DNA of 64,000 bases from Actinomycetes bacterium (GCA_021794835.1 JAJYQA010000001.1:3277-67276), one strand, 5' to 3'; positions 1-10,185 are shown, counted from the first letter of the stretch. Numbers and translations: made by a program. Notes: generated by a model not told the origin, from the letters alone.

Positions 1-1072
1 TGGTTAAAATACCCACAAGTAGGCTATCTTTTATAACCAGCATCCGACCTTCCGCCATAGTGACCAGCTTCGGCAAGATATCGAAAACCTCGACGTCGGG
101 ATTGGTCACTATATTGGCAGACACTGGGTGCATGATATCGCCGACGCGTGTGCTGCCCCAGCTTGCCCTCGGCAGATTCTGTATGCTTTTAAGGGTGATC
201 ATGCCTTTAGTCTCTTCGTTTTTAACCACGGGGTAGGCAACCCAGTCGTGCTTTAAGAAATAATCTCTGACCGCATCACCGACCGTAATATCAGGATCGA
301 CCGTTGTCGGGTTTGGCGTCATGATCTGGCCTACCTTTACGCCCTTGAGAACCTCGTGGTAGACAACTTCCTGGTACTCGGATTCTGCCGCCCTGAGCAA
401 GAACCACCCTATAAGCGCGAACCATATCAGGCTTAAGCTGCCGGTAAATATCCCGGCTATTCCAAAAAATATCATTATATAGGCAATACCTTTACCAATT
501 CCGGCGGCGATACCCGTGGCGCGCCGTAAATTGCCGGTAAAGTACCATACTATGGATCTAAAAACCCTTCCGCCGTCAAGCGGAAAACCGGGGAGAAGGT
601 TAAATACGCCAAGAAGGACATTTATGTAACCGAGATAAAACGCCGCCACGTTGATAAAAGGGCTAAACCCAAGCCGGCGACCTGCAAAGTAGATTCCAAG
701 GAAAACTCCGCCGAGAACTATGCTGCTGAGCGGCCCAACAACTGCCATTTTAAACTCAATGCCGGGAGTGGGGGGCTCTGCCGATATCTGGGAGACGCCG
801 CCAAAAATCATCAATCTTATGCCGGCGATGGTAATGCCGTATCTTCTTGCGACAAGCGAGTGCATAAGTTCATGAAAAAGTACCGACCCAAAGAAAAGAA
901 TCGATGTGATAACACCGATAGCAATATATGCGGCAGAGCTTAAACCCGGGATCAACTGCGGGAAAACAGCAAATGACAGTACAAATATAATGAGGGCAAA
1001 GATTATGAACCAACTGTAATCCAGGCTTATCTCAAAACCAAAAATCTTGCCGAGCCTTATGCCGCCGTTCAT
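1..1072 (-). CDS. Site-2 protease family (peptidase M50) membrane protein with C-terminal CBS pair; C-terminus cut by window edge
   Basis: Absent from the ORF track because it runs off the window. Minus-strand ATG at 1072-1070 gives MNGGIRLGKIFGFEISLDYSWF. HExxH zinc site (FHELMHSLVARRYG), several hydrophobic TM stretches, CBS-like tail (VGQIMTPNPTTVDPDITVGDAV). Confidence 0.8.
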   Translation of the reverse strand, partial: MNGGIRLGKIFGFEISLDYSWFIIFALIIFVLSFAVFPQLIPGLSSAAYIAIGVITSILFFGSVLFHELMHSLVARRYGITIAGIRLMIFGGVSQISAEPPTPGIEFKMAVVGPLSSIVLGGVFLGIYFAGRRLGFSPFINVAAFYLGYINVLLGVFNLLPGFPLDGGRVFRSIVWYFTGNLRRATGIAAGIGKGIAYIMIFFGIAGIFTGSLSLIWFALIGWFLLRAAESEYQEVVYHEVLKGVKVGQIMTPNPTTVDPDITVGDAVRDYFLKHDWVAYPVVKNEETKGMITLKSIQNLPRASWGSTRVGDIMHPVSANIVTNPDVEVFDILPKLVTMAEGRMLVIKDSLLVGILT

Positions 1073-1214
1073 AGTAAACACCTTCCGTCTTGTCAGATTG
1101 ATTACTTTTACCCACAAATTTAGATATGAAACCGGTTTCTACTGCGTATATTGCCCCGCAGCCGGTTTGGTGCCAGCCGTTGGCCCCTGATTGCCATCGC
1201 TTTTTGGCAAAGTG

Positions 1215-2660
1215 CTAAACTGCCGAGAACGTACCCTTAAGTTCGACAAAAAGAGGCCGGTGTTTTGCAAGATATGCTATAAGCGCATCTACGGCCCGCT
1301 CAGGTAGATTCACACGGTTTTGCCCGTATTTTTCCGGCACCGCTTGCTCGGTGATAAATGCCGCCGTATAATATCTATCTGGCCGTACCTCCTCATTGCC
1401 GATAAACAGCTTTTGAATACGATTGTCCTTTGGATTTTCTATTTTAAAATACACGTTAAGCCCAAGGCAGCGCTTTACGTAGCCGCCCATTTGCCGGTAT
1501 GGATCGCAAGAAAAGATATGCTCCAGGTTTTCCTCAAGCATCAACAGTATCTCCTCGCCAGTTAGCTCGGCCATAGAAATGGTTGGATTCATAGGTACAA
1601 TATTATATAAATCGTTTATAGTTATAGTCCCGGGTGCTATTGGTGCGCCGTAGCGCCAGCCGTTGGAGAACGCCAGTTGTGCACCGGTACTATCTATCAT
1701 CGCCTGAAGAAGGAAATTATCCATGGTGGATTCCAGTACAGTCCCCCGGCTTAGCGCTGTTGCGGTTTCCCCGACAACCTCCGCAAGATAATCCTTGTAC
1801 GGGGCCAGCGCCCGGCCTACCAGCTCATCAACCAGAGGGTCGGGTTTTATATCCGCTTCAACCTCAATCAGCTGGTGCCGGTAATTAGAAATCTGCCTAT
1901 CACTTAGTTCCAAATCCAGGCGGCCTAGGAAAGAAGCCTGGCTGCCCGATTGAATAATAATCGTTTCACCCTGGATAACCGGGCTGTAAAGGCGGTTATG
2001 GGTGTGTCCGCTAAGACAAACATCTACCCCTTCTACTTCAGATAATAGTTTCATATCCTGGGGAAAACCAAGGTGAGAGATAAGGACGACAAGGTCTACT
2101 TTCTCCTGAGAGCGCAAAATATCTATGATCGGGGGGAGCTCTTCCCGGCCGAGGGTGAAGTAAATGCCCTCACTAAATGAAGACGGCATGGTCTTATCTA
2201 TAATATTAGAAGCAATACCCACTAAACCAACCCGAAGACCCCCAGCTTCCTTTATGATGTATGGGGGATAGACCGGCTTTTTAGTCTCTTTTTCATAAAC
2301 ATTGATGGCTATTAGCGGATAATTTAGCTCAGATACCCTTTGCCGGAGTACTTTCGGGCCGTAAGCAAAATCCCAGTGCGCCGTCATGGCGTCAAGACCT
2401 AATTGATTCAGAATGGGGACCATCGCTTTGCCCTGCGTCCTCACGGCAGGGTACGTGCCGTGTATGGTATCTCCGCAGTCGCAAAAAAGAACACTCCCCT
2501 GGTTATCGCCCCTGATCTGCCGCATAAGCGAAGCAATACGCGCGTAGCCTCCCGCAGGGCGGTATAAGGCGCGGCCTCCCTGCCAAAACATCTCCGGGTG
2601 CATATCCAGATAGGAATGAGTATCGTTCATCTGAACGATTACCAATTTATTGCCACTCAT
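1215..2660 (-). CDS. Cytoplasmic bifunctional metallophosphatase / 5'-nucleotidase family protein
   Basis: ORF 1215..2684 starts on TTG. The in-frame ATG at 2660 follows a GGAAGG SD and gives MSGNKLVIVQMNDTHSY. Calcineurin-like motifs (DTH, GDTIHG, GHTHN) plus a 5'-nucleotidase C-terminal domain; no signal peptide. Confidence 0.8.
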   Translation of the reverse strand: MSGNKLVIVQMNDTHSYLDMHPEMFWQGGRALYRPAGGYARIASLMRQIRGDNQGSVLFCDCGDTIHGTYPAVRTQGKAMVPILNQLGLDAMTAHWDFAYGPKVLRQRVSELNYPLIAINVYEKETKKPVYPPYIIKEAGGLRVGLVGIASNIIDKTMPSSFSEGIYFTLGREELPPIIDILRSQEKVDLVVLISHLGFPQDMKLLSEVEGVDVCLSGHTHNRLYSPVIQGETIIIQSGSQASFLGRLDLELSDRQISNYRHQLIEVEADIKPDPLVDELVGRALAPYKDYLAEVVGETATALSRGTVLESTMDNFLLQAMIDSTGAQLAFSNGWRYGAPIAPGTITINDLYNIVPMNPTISMAELTGEEILLMLEENLEHIFSCDPYRQMGGYVKRCLGLNVYFKIENPKDNRIQKLFIGNEEVRPDRYYTAAFITEQAVPEKYGQNRVNLPERAVDALIAYLAKHRPLFVELKGTFSAV

Positions 2661-2680
2661 AATCCCTTCCCGGCTAGTTT

Positions 2681-3901
2681 TCAAGCTAAAGAGAGCAGCA
2701 GGTTTAGATGGTCTTTTATTAATCTCATTATCAGAAAATGCTCTCTAATATACCGCCTGCCCCGCCGTCCTTCTTCGGCGGCCGGGCCCGGATTATCCAG
2801 AACCTCTAAAGCGCGCTTGGCGGTCTCTTCAACCGAATCGACTAAAAAGCCCCCGCCTCCGGCAAGCTGCATCGGTATACCCCCGGCCCTCCCGGCAACT
2901 ATCGGCGTCCCCTTCCATAAGGTCTCCGAGACGACAAGGCCGAAGCCTTCCTTTTTGGATTTTTGGATAACTACATCCGCCACTCTTTGGAATGCGTTTA
3001 CCTGGATGTCCGCCACCCCCATAAAGTTGGTAAAAATATGGATGTTACCTTTGTTTTTGGCCTTTATTATCTTGTCGTATATTTCCCAGCCCTGGGGGTC
3101 GTCCAATGCCATCGAACCAATAAGGATGAGGCGCACATCAGGCTTCTCTTTTGCAATCAGCCGATATGCGGCGATAACACCAAGCGGGTCCTTCCACGGG
3201 TCGAAACGCGATACCTGGCAGATAATCGGCCCGTCTTTCGGCGCACCGACCCAATTTAAAATGTGGCGGCTGATATCCTCCGGCAGTTCCATATTTTTGG
3301 GGCTAAGCGGGTCGATACCCGGCGGGATAATATCCACCCGCCCCGTTATGCCCTCCGGAACAAACTCCCGCATGGTAAAGATAACTGCATCGTAATCGTG
3401 AATAAACGGAAGCAAAAATTGCCAAACTTGGGGGTTCGGATTTGATGTATCGATATGGCAGCGCCATATCCAGCGGGCTTTGGTACTGGGCCGCATGTGC
3501 CTGATTGCGACCGGCTGCGGGTCATGGACGAAGATAAAATCATAATCTTCAGTTAGCGCATCGGCGTTAAGTTTGTTATAGGCAAGATAAGTTTCCTTGT
3601 CGGTCGGTGTAAGTTTATAAGTGTCTCCCTGTAGAGCGTTATGAAAAGATTTAGTTACGTTAAAGAACCGCTCGTCACCAGAAATCACAATCCAGCTCGA
3701 ATCAATTCCGAGGGCCCTTTCCATCGGGACGATTGACCGCAGAAGCTCAGATACGCCACCTCCATAAGGCGTGGCGTTAATATGAAGCACCCGGACCCCT
3801 TTTAACCTCTCAGATAAATCGCGCAGCGCCGCTATCTCTGACGGAAAAAGACTCTCGTACATGCTAAGCTGCAGCTCGCCGACGTCGATGCGTCTTGGCA
3901 A
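2681..3901 (-). CDS. treT: Trehalose synthase (TreT-like GT4 glycosyltransferase)
   Basis: ORF 2681..3943 (GTG), but its first 14 codons lie inside the bfr terminator hairpin. The in-frame TTG at 3901 sits 6 nt after AAGGGGGA. TreT-like N-terminus (LHINATPYGGGVSELL, FFNVTKSFHNALQG) and GT1-type C-domain. Confidence 0.75.
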   Translation of the reverse strand: MPRRIDVGELQLSMYESLFPSEIAALRDLSERLKGVRVLHINATPYGGGVSELLRSIVPMERALGIDSSWIVISGDERFFNVTKSFHNALQGDTYKLTPTDKETYLAYNKLNADALTEDYDFIFVHDPQPVAIRHMRPSTKARWIWRCHIDTSNPNPQVWQFLLPFIHDYDAVIFTMREFVPEGITGRVDIIPPGIDPLSPKNMELPEDISRHILNWVGAPKDGPIICQVSRFDPWKDPLGVIAAYRLIAKEKPDVRLILIGSMALDDPQGWEIYDKIIKAKNKGNIHIFTNFMGVADIQVNAFQRVADVVIQKSKKEGFGLVVSETLWKGTPIVAGRAGGIPMQLAGGGGFLVDSVEETAKRALEVLDNPGPAAEEGRRGRRYIREHFLIMRLIKDHLNLLLSLA

Positions 3902-3923
3902 TTGTAATCCCCCTTGCGGTGAT

Positions 3924-3955
3924 AAAAAAGCGCTGTCCCCCACAGCGCTTTTTTA
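3924..3955 (-). terminator. Rho-independent (bidirectional) terminator after bfr
   Basis: AAAAAAGCGCTGT-CCCCC-ACAGCGCTTTTTT: 8-bp GC-rich stem flanked by an A-run and a T-run, about 40 nt downstream of the bfr stop. Confidence 0.8.
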
Positions 3956-3995
3956 TTCTCTAATGCTACGTCGATTCTAAAGTTCTTGCTTTATC

Positions 3996-4472
3996 CTAGG
4001 CAGCGCCTTTTAGCCCTCCAACCTCGTAGGCCCGTCCCTCACCCAGCCAGGTTCCAAAGCTGTCTGCGTGGTCTTCTTCTTGCCCAAGTATGTCCTCAAG
4101 CATTTTTCTTATCGCGGGGTCGCTGTCCCCGATATCGTATATCGCCTGGGTGTAATCCCTAATCGCACCTCTTTCGAGGCCAAGGTCGGCCCTTACCATT
4201 TCCTCTGGTGTGTTGCCTTCGGTAATCCGACTACCCTTCATCTGCTCAATCTGGGTAGGGTTGTTAATAGGATCGCCGCCGAGCATATTGATCTTCTCGG
4301 CCAGCATTTCAGCGTGCCTCATTTCGACAAGCGCGATGCTTCTCTCCATACCCTGAACCTCAGCAAAATTTACGCCTTTTACCCTGTAGTAGTGGTTCAT
4401 GTACTGCTGAATAGCAAAAAGCTCCTGCGAGCGCAAGTAATTCAACCTATCAATGATCTCTTGCCTTGTCAC
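3996..4472 (-). CDS. bfr: Bacterioferritin-like ferritin family protein
   Basis: 158 aa four-helix ferritin-like pattern (ELFAIQQYMNHY, VEMRHAEMLAEKI, LGQEEDHADS) with a Met at the position of the Bfr haem ligand. Confidence 0.75.
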   Translation of the reverse strand: MTRQEIIDRLNYLRSQELFAIQQYMNHYYRVKGVNFAEVQGMERSIALVEMRHAEMLAEKINMLGGDPINNPTQIEQMKGSRITEGNTPEEMVRADLGLERGAIRDYTQAIYDIGDSDPAIRKMLEDILGQEEDHADSFGTWLGEGRAYEVGGLKGAA

Positions 4473-4611
4473 AATATCACCTCCCTTCAGATAAGCGGAT
4501 ATGATTAAATTACCCCCAATAAAGAACCGGTAAACCGATATCCGGCGTCCAGCAACGGGAATAATGTAGTTGCTCCATTTATGGAATTTCTTTGGCCGAT
4601 AAATCGCGCAG

Positions 4612-4690
4612 CTACACTTTACGATTCACCGATTTACCTGCTCACCGGTCTTTAATTCGACAATCGAAAATCTTTAAGCACGAAAATCAG
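4612..4690 (-). repeat. R2 intergenic repeat, copy A
   Basis: Minus-strand read ..ATTGTCGAATTAAAGACC GGTGAGCA GGTAAATC GGTGAATC GTAAAGTGTAG. Shares modules with copies at 30161, 47082 and 52675. Confidence 0.7.
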
Positions 4691-4762
4691 CCTTGCCAGA
4701 TAACCGAATAAATGGTAGTATTTTTTGATGTTGGTTTATTTTTATTAGGGAGAGATTAAAAA

Positions 4763-4954
4763 ATGTCCAGAAAATGCTATATATGTGGTAAAGGCCCAAT
4801 GACCGGTAACAATGTAAGCCACTCCAACCGGAAAACACGTAGGAGATTTAACCCAAACCTCCAGAAGATTCGCGCGATTATCGATGGCTCGCCAAAAACC
4901 ATCTACGTTTGCACAAAAGACCTAAAAGCCAACAAGGTTACGCGAGCATTTTAG
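4763..4954 (+). CDS. rpmB: 50S ribosomal protein L28
   Basis: 63 aa, [34 protein letters not shown] is the canonical L28 N-terminus; GGGAGAG SD upstream. Confidence 0.95.
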   Translation: MSRKCYICGKGPMTGNNVSHSNRKTRRRFNPNLQKIRAIIDGSPKTIYVCTKDLKANKVTRAF

Positions 4955-4968
4955 ATTTAATTTTAATT

Positions 4969-5520
4969 TTAAATTTCTATACTCTCAACTTCCAAGCCAT
5001 TGTCTAGGTTAATAATCTTGACTGTTCTGCCTTCAATCAACCCAACGGTTGGGAAATCATCTTCGCCTTTCGGTAAAGAGGCACTTCCTGGATTTACCAA
5101 GGTAAATCCATCCAGCACCTTAATACCCCGTATGTGGGTATGCCCGGTTACGATGAGGTCTAGTACATACCGAACACCTATCTCGACCAGCTTTTTTTCA
5201 TCATAAAGGTGACCGTGCGTCGCCATCATTCTTAAGCCCTCCGCATACACAAAAGCAAAAGGGTTTTGGATTGGATATGCGATCGCCAATGTATCAACAT
5301 CTGCGTCACAGTTTCCCTTGGCAAAGATAGTTGGGAAAGGCGCGAGATTTATGGCTTTTGCAAGCTCAAGCGGTTGGTACAATGGCCCCCTTGGATTAAA
5401 GGGGCCGCTACTTATAATATCGCCACAATGAATTGCAAAATCAATATTTTCAAATATACGAACGGCTTTCTGCCACGACTCGATGTCGCCGTGTGTGTCG
5501 CTAATCAGTCCTATCCTCAC
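4969..5520 (-). CDS. YfcE/MJ0936-type metallophosphoesterase
   Basis: 183 aa with DTHGD, GDIIS, GNCD, HGH and GHTH motifs. GTG start overlaps the thiD 3' end by 20 nt. Confidence 0.8.
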   Translation of the reverse strand: MRIGLISDTHGDIESWQKAVRIFENIDFAIHCGDIISSGPFNPRGPLYQPLELAKAINLAPFPTIFAKGNCDADVDTLAIAYPIQNPFAFVYAEGLRMMATHGHLYDEKKLVEIGVRYVLDLIVTGHTHIRGIKVLDGFTLVNPGSASLPKGEDDFPTVGLIEGRTVKIINLDNGLEVESIEI

Positions 5521-6328
5521 TTAACTCTCCCTCATTAAAAGAATGTATTGCTTGCAGGCTTCCTTTACCCAAAAGGACCGCCTTTTTTATCTTATTAGCC
5601 ACGTAAGTCTTCGCCTTACCGACCGCATCATAAACCTGCATCCCCTGGGTAAGAAATGCGCAAATGGCCGAGGCCATCATACAGCCGGTCCCCCGAACGT
5701 TTTTAATTGGGATTTTATCGGTCTCAAAGTAATACTCGTTTTTGCCGTCAAACAGCAGGTCGATGGCTTTGCCACCCTCAAGATGGCCCCCTTTTACGAG
5801 AACCCACTCAACCCCGGTCTCTTTAAGGGCCTTTGCGGCCCCTACAAAATCATCCACGTTCCTTATATTAATCCCGGTCAGCCACTCCGCCTCGTTGATA
5901 TTTGGGGTTATCATAAAGCAATACGGCAAAAGCCTCTTCTTCAGCACTGTAATAGAAGCCTCAGGGACAAGCATCTTGCCATCGTTGGCCTTGATTACAG
6001 GATCGATAATCGAGTTCTCAATCATCTGTCCGCTAACAAGATATGCTATTTCCATAACGTTTTCCGAGCTGCCGAGCATCCCGGTCTTTACACCGTGCAC
6101 CTTGGTATCGTCTAATATCGCCTCAATCTGATCTCTTAAGAACTTTGCGCTAAGTACGTCATATGATTTAACGCCCTTACTATTCTGCACGGTTACGGCA
6201 GCCAGCGCCGTATATGCATACACGCCAAGTTCTTCAAGTGTTTTTATATCCGCCTGGATACCGGCCCCACCGCTCGGGTCTGAGCCGCCTATAGCAATTA
6301 CTTTTTTAATATCCACTGCGTTCACCAT
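5501..6328 (-). CDS. thiD: Hydroxymethylpyrimidine/phosphomethylpyrimidine kinase
   Basis: 275 aa, IGGSDPSGGAGIQADIKT N-terminus and GTGCMMASAI anion-hole motif of the ribokinase-fold ThiD. Confidence 0.9.
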   Translation of the reverse strand: MVNAVDIKKVIAIGGSDPSGGAGIQADIKTLEELGVYAYTALAAVTVQNSKGVKSYDVLSAKFLRDQIEAILDDTKVHGVKTGMLGSSENVMEIAYLVSGQMIENSIIDPVIKANDGKMLVPEASITVLKKRLLPYCFMITPNINEAEWLTGINIRNVDDFVGAAKALKETGVEWVLVKGGHLEGGKAIDLLFDGKNEYYFETDKIPIKNVRGTGCMMASAICAFLTQGMQVYDAVGKAKTYVANKIKKAVLLGKGSLQAIHSFNEGELSEDRTD

Positions 6329-6329
6329 C

Positions 6330-7328
6330 TTAGAAGTGGGTATAGCCGCTAATCTTAAGCGGCTTTACGTTGCCAAACCAATCAACGGCTGTTATCCCTT
6401 GCGACTCGTCAAGAATTTCGCCGATAGCGGTCACTTTTTCCCCGATATCGGCAAAAGCCTTCTCGATTTCCGCCTGCAGCTCTTTTGGAGCTGTAAATAC
6501 CAGCTCGTAATCTTCACCGCCGGAGAGGGCGATGTCTATCGCTCTCTCGCCAGCAAGCTCGGCTACCTTTTCCACGCCCTTTGCTATAGGAATCTTGCTT
6601 AAATTGATTCTTGCACCGACCATGCTTGCCTCGCAAATATGCCTTATCTCACTTGCAAGGCCGTCGCTGATATCCTCCATAGCATTAATTCCAAGTTTAG
6701 CTAAAATTCGAGCTTCCCGGATTCTGGGTTCGGGTAAGAAGTGCGCTTTTTCGAGTTTGCTTGCCTCTTTTACCCTAGTTTTTAGTTTCGGGTTTAATAT
6801 AATACGAAGACCCGATGCTGAGGCGCCAATCTCGCCGGTGACCATAATAACATCTTCAACTTGCGCGTCGCTTCTTCTACGGAGATTCTCTTCTTCAACT
6901 TCTCCGACAATTGCCACGTTTATAATCATTTTATCCGACTTGGTAACATCTCCGCCAACAATTCTTAGATCGTACTTTCTTGCGACCTCAGCCATTCCCC
7001 TATACAAATCCTCGATGGTAGATATATCGGTCTCCGGACTCATGGCCAGGGATATTACGGCGTAGTCAGGAAAGCCGCCCATGGCCGCAACGTCGCTTAG
7101 ATTAACTGCGATCGACTTATACCCTAATCGCCAGGGGGATATCGTTCTTAAAACAAAATGAACATCCTCGACCAATAGATCGGTTGTTAAAAGTGTGTAA
7201 TCAAGCTTTGTAGGCTTGACCACCGCTGTGTCGTCACCGATTGTTAAGATGACACGCTCATCGGCATGCTCTACAATCTGTGCAATGCGCTCGATAAGCG
7301 CAAATTCCCCAATGTCTTTTACTTTCAT
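6330..7328 (-). CDS. thiL: Thiamine-monophosphate kinase
   Basis: 332 aa AIR-synthase-like fold (IGDDTAV, LTTDLLVEDVHF, NLSDVAAMGG, GGDV); lies in the thi operon. Confidence 0.9.
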   Translation of the reverse strand: MKVKDIGEFALIERIAQIVEHADERVILTIGDDTAVVKPTKLDYTLLTTDLLVEDVHFVLRTISPWRLGYKSIAVNLSDVAAMGGFPDYAVISLAMSPETDISTIEDLYRGMAEVARKYDLRIVGGDVTKSDKMIINVAIVGEVEEENLRRRSDAQVEDVIMVTGEIGASASGLRIILNPKLKTRVKEASKLEKAHFLPEPRIREARILAKLGINAMEDISDGLASEIRHICEASMVGARINLSKIPIAKGVEKVAELAGERAIDIALSGGEDYELVFTAPKELQAEIEKAFADIGEKVTAIGEILDESQGITAVDWFGNVKPLKISGYTHF

Positions 7329-7353
7329 AACGTTAGGGCCTCTGGACCCTAGC

Positions 7354-8655
7354 TTAGCATGACTCGACTTCAGTTCCCAAATACTCGGCTACTACCTTCA
7401 TAGCACAAAAATCGCCGCACATTGTACAACCGTCAATGTCTTTCGTTTTTCTTTCAGCGTAGGCCGTTGCGGCCTTTTCAGGGTCAATCGCAAGTCTTAT
7501 CTGCTCTTGCCAATCAAGAGCTTTTCTTGCTTTAGCCATGGCAAGGTCCCAATCGGCAGCTCCCTTTACCCCCTTAACTAAGTCGGCGGCATGCGCTGCA
7601 ATTCGAGAGGCTATAACACCCTCATGGACATCCTTCTCGGTTGGCAGACCGAGGTGTTCCCTGGGAGTTACATAGCATAGGAAATCAGCGCCAGAGACTG
7701 CAGCCATAGTGCCGCCGATAGCGGCGGTTATGTGGTCATACCCAGGCGCAATATCGGTTACCAATGGTCCCAGTACATAAAACGGCGCACCTTTACAGAC
7801 CTCTTTTTCAATCCGCATATTGGCGGCGATTTGGTCAAACGGAACGTGACCTGGACCTTCAACCATCACCTGCACATCCGCTTTCCTTGCCCTATCCACA
7901 AGCTCTCCAAGAATAAGAAGTTCTTGGAACTGGGCCCTATCAGATGCATCAGCTATACAGCCAGGTCTTAAACCATCGCCAAGACTCAAAGTCACATCGT
8001 ATTCAGCGGCGATTTGAAGAAGTCTATCATACTGTTCATACAGGGGATTTTCATGGTTGTTGTGTATCATCCAGCCAACCGTAAAAGCCCCTCCCCGGCT
8101 TACAATACCGGTGACCCTTTCTTGCTGCTGGAGAGCGTTTATTGTCTTCCAGGTAACGCCCACGTGCACCGTCATAAGATCTACGCCCTCCTGGGCCTGC
8201 GCTTCAATCACGCTAAAAATATCATTTGCGGTCATTTCAACTATACTTCCATGCCTATCTTTTGCAACAACCGCCGCTTGATAAATCGGTACTGTACCAA
8301 CCGGCATATTGCACCTTGCTAAAATCTCTTTTCTTATTTCAATGAGAGGGCCTCCGGTACTTAGGTCCATTACCGTATCGGTTCCTGCTTTTACCGCGAT
8401 ATCAAGCTTTCTTATCTCTTCGTCTATAAGAGGATACTCATCTGACGTCCCGATGTTTGCGTTAACTTTAGTTCGAAGGCCTTTTCCAATGCCAACCGCT
8501 TTTGCACCTGGCCTATTTTTATTTCTAGGGATGACAATTGACCCATCGAGGAGACCTTCGATGACATAATCCTCGATTAGATCCTCATCCTTGGCAACAG
8601 TTGAGACAGCATCAACCGGCTCGCCTCTTTTTAACTTCTCTATAATGGTGGACAT
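7354..8655 (-). CDS. thiC: Phosphomethylpyrimidine synthase
   Basis: 433 aa, highly conserved ThiC blocks ([30 protein letters not shown]) and C-terminal CTMCGDFCA cluster motif. Confidence 0.95.
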   Translation of the reverse strand: MSTIIEKLKRGEPVDAVSTVAKDEDLIEDYVIEGLLDGSIVIPRNKNRPGAKAVGIGKGLRTKVNANIGTSDEYPLIDEEIRKLDIAVKAGTDTVMDLSTGGPLIEIRKEILARCNMPVGTVPIYQAAVVAKDRHGSIVEMTANDIFSVIEAQAQEGVDLMTVHVGVTWKTINALQQQERVTGIVSRGGAFTVGWMIHNNHENPLYEQYDRLLQIAAEYDVTLSLGDGLRPGCIADASDRAQFQELLILGELVDRARKADVQVMVEGPGHVPFDQIAANMRIEKEVCKGAPFYVLGPLVTDIAPGYDHITAAIGGTMAAVSGADFLCYVTPREHLGLPTEKDVHEGVIASRIAAHAADLVKGVKGAADWDLAMAKARKALDWQEQIRLAIDPEKAATAYAERKTKDIDGCTMCGDFCAMKVVAEYLGTEVESC

Positions 8656-8714
8656 TTAATGCTCCTAAATTGCTTGTTTCTTTTAGCTTTTTAGCAAATC
8701 TACCCTCTAGACCA

Positions 8715-9383
8715 TCATATCAGTGGCCTTTTGGCTCTTTCTATTAATGCGTTCAACCTGCGGGATGCCTCCGCCATATCGAGGGCTGATGCAACGGCTG
8801 ATATAACCGCTATCCCGTCAGATCCTGCTGAAACCACTTGCTCAATATTATCGGCGGTTAGACCTCCTATAGCAACTATGGGTATATCTACCGACTCTCT
8901 TGCCGCCATCAGCCCCTCTATGCCTATCGGGGAGCCTGCGTCGTCTTTACTTGGCGTTGGATAAATGGGGCCAAGGCCAATATAGTCGGCGCCTCCGTGC
9001 TCCGCTTCCACAGCCTCTTCAAGACAAGATGTGGATATACCTATTATATACCTATCGCCTAAGATATCCCTGGCGTGCTCTAGAGGCATGTCGTCCTGCC
9101 CAAGATGCACGCCATCTGCCTTAACCGCAAGAGCTATATCAACACGGTCGTTTATAATAAGCTTTGTGCGGGCCTTCCTTGTTATTTCCCTTAACTTAAG
9201 CGCCGTTTCAAATAACTTTCGGGTTGATGCATTCTTATCCCTATACTGGATAAACGAAACGCCAGCTTCAATTGAAGCCTTAGCGATATCAATATGACTC
9301 CGTTGCGGGGACTCGGTTGTTATTACATACAAACCACTTATATTACCCCGCCTCCATAATGTCGAGAAACCCAACTTTAGCAC
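8715..9383 (-). CDS. thiE: Thiamine-phosphate synthase
   Basis: LYVITT, FIQYRDK, GVHLGQDD and GLGPIYPTPSK blocks. The track start overlaps thiM by 41 nt; the in-frame TTG at 9332 is an alternative start. Confidence 0.85.
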   Translation of the reverse strand: MLKLGFSTLWRRGNISGLYVITTESPQRSHIDIAKASIEAGVSFIQYRDKNASTRKLFETALKLREITRKARTKLIINDRVDIALAVKADGVHLGQDDMPLEHARDILGDRYIIGISTSCLEEAVEAEHGGADYIGLGPIYPTPSKDDAGSPIGIEGLMAARESVDIPIVAIGGLTADNIEQVVSAGSDGIAVISAVASALDMAEASRRLNALIERAKRPLI

Positions 9384-10170
9384 CCCTTAAAATATCATCT
9401 TCGGTCACCGAGTAAAGCGCGTCGTATAGCACCGAGTGGAAGGTGCCTGGTCTATTACCGGATATTCCGGCTGCCCTCTCGCCCGCAATTCCAAATGTAA
9501 CAAGAGCACCGACAGCTGCCTTAAAGTAATCTTTCTGAACCGCCGCAAAAGCGGCGGTAACTGTCGTGGACATACACCCGGTTCCGGTTATGGTCGCCAT
9601 CATAGCATCGCCATTTGCAATTAGCGCGACTTGGGATCCGTCGGTTACAATATCCTGGGGTCCGGTTACACTTACAACAAAGCCGCCTTTTGCCGCAAAC
9701 CCGCTCGCTACGCCGACCATGTTACCGCTCTTACCAACAGCTTCTACACCCTTTACCTCTCCGTCTGCGCCAGCAAGAATGCTTATCTCGCCGCTGTTTC
9801 CCCTGATTATGGATACTTCTACTTCGTTAATTATTCGCCTGCAAGCTTCTGTTCTAAAAGTCGTTGCACCCGCTCCTACCGGGTCAAGGATAACCGGTAC
9901 GCCGAGCTCGTTTGCCTTTTTACCTACAATCACCATAGTGTCTATAAGCTCCGGGGTCAAAGTCCCAATGTTTAAAAGAAGCGCGCCAGCAATACTCACC
10001 ATCTCTTCCACTTCTTCTCTGGCATGCGCCATAACCGGTAGGGCCCCGATACATAAAGTTATGTTTGCGGTTTCGTTCATCACCACAAAATTGGTTATAT
10101 GGTGAATAAGCGGCTTATTTTCTCTAATCATTTTTAAGTCCTCGGCAATTTCTTTAATCAATTGATCCAT
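9343..10170 (-). CDS. thiM: Hydroxyethylthiazole kinase
   Basis: 275 aa, PLIHHITNFVVMNETANITLCIGALPVMA and GTGCMSTTV motifs; AAGGAGG SD directly upstream. Confidence 0.9.
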   Translation of the reverse strand: MDQLIKEIAEDLKMIRENKPLIHHITNFVVMNETANITLCIGALPVMAHAREEVEEMVSIAGALLLNIGTLTPELIDTMVIVGKKANELGVPVILDPVGAGATTFRTEACRRIINEVEVSIIRGNSGEISILAGADGEVKGVEAVGKSGNMVGVASGFAAKGGFVVSVTGPQDIVTDGSQVALIANGDAMMATITGTGCMSTTVTAAFAAVQKDYFKAAVGALVTFGIAGERAAGISGNRPGTFHSVLYDALYSVTEDDILRGAKVGFLDIMEAG

Positions 10171-10185
10171 GATTCCTCCTTAAAA

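Noticed and set aside
1215-2660. SoxB-like thiosulfohydrolase, considered because of the dsr genes in the window.
   Set aside because: There is no Tat or Sec signal peptide and no other sox genes nearby. The motifs seen are those shared by all 5'-nucleotidase/metallophosphatase proteins, so it is kept as a generic family call.
2598-3395. 265-aa plus-strand ORF.
   Set aside because: It is entirely antisense to the well-supported treT and nucleotidase genes. The P/S/A/R-rich composition is typical of a shadow ORF, with no SD. The same reasoning applies to the other long antisense ORFs (for example 9566..10105, 6532..7065, 58851..59216).
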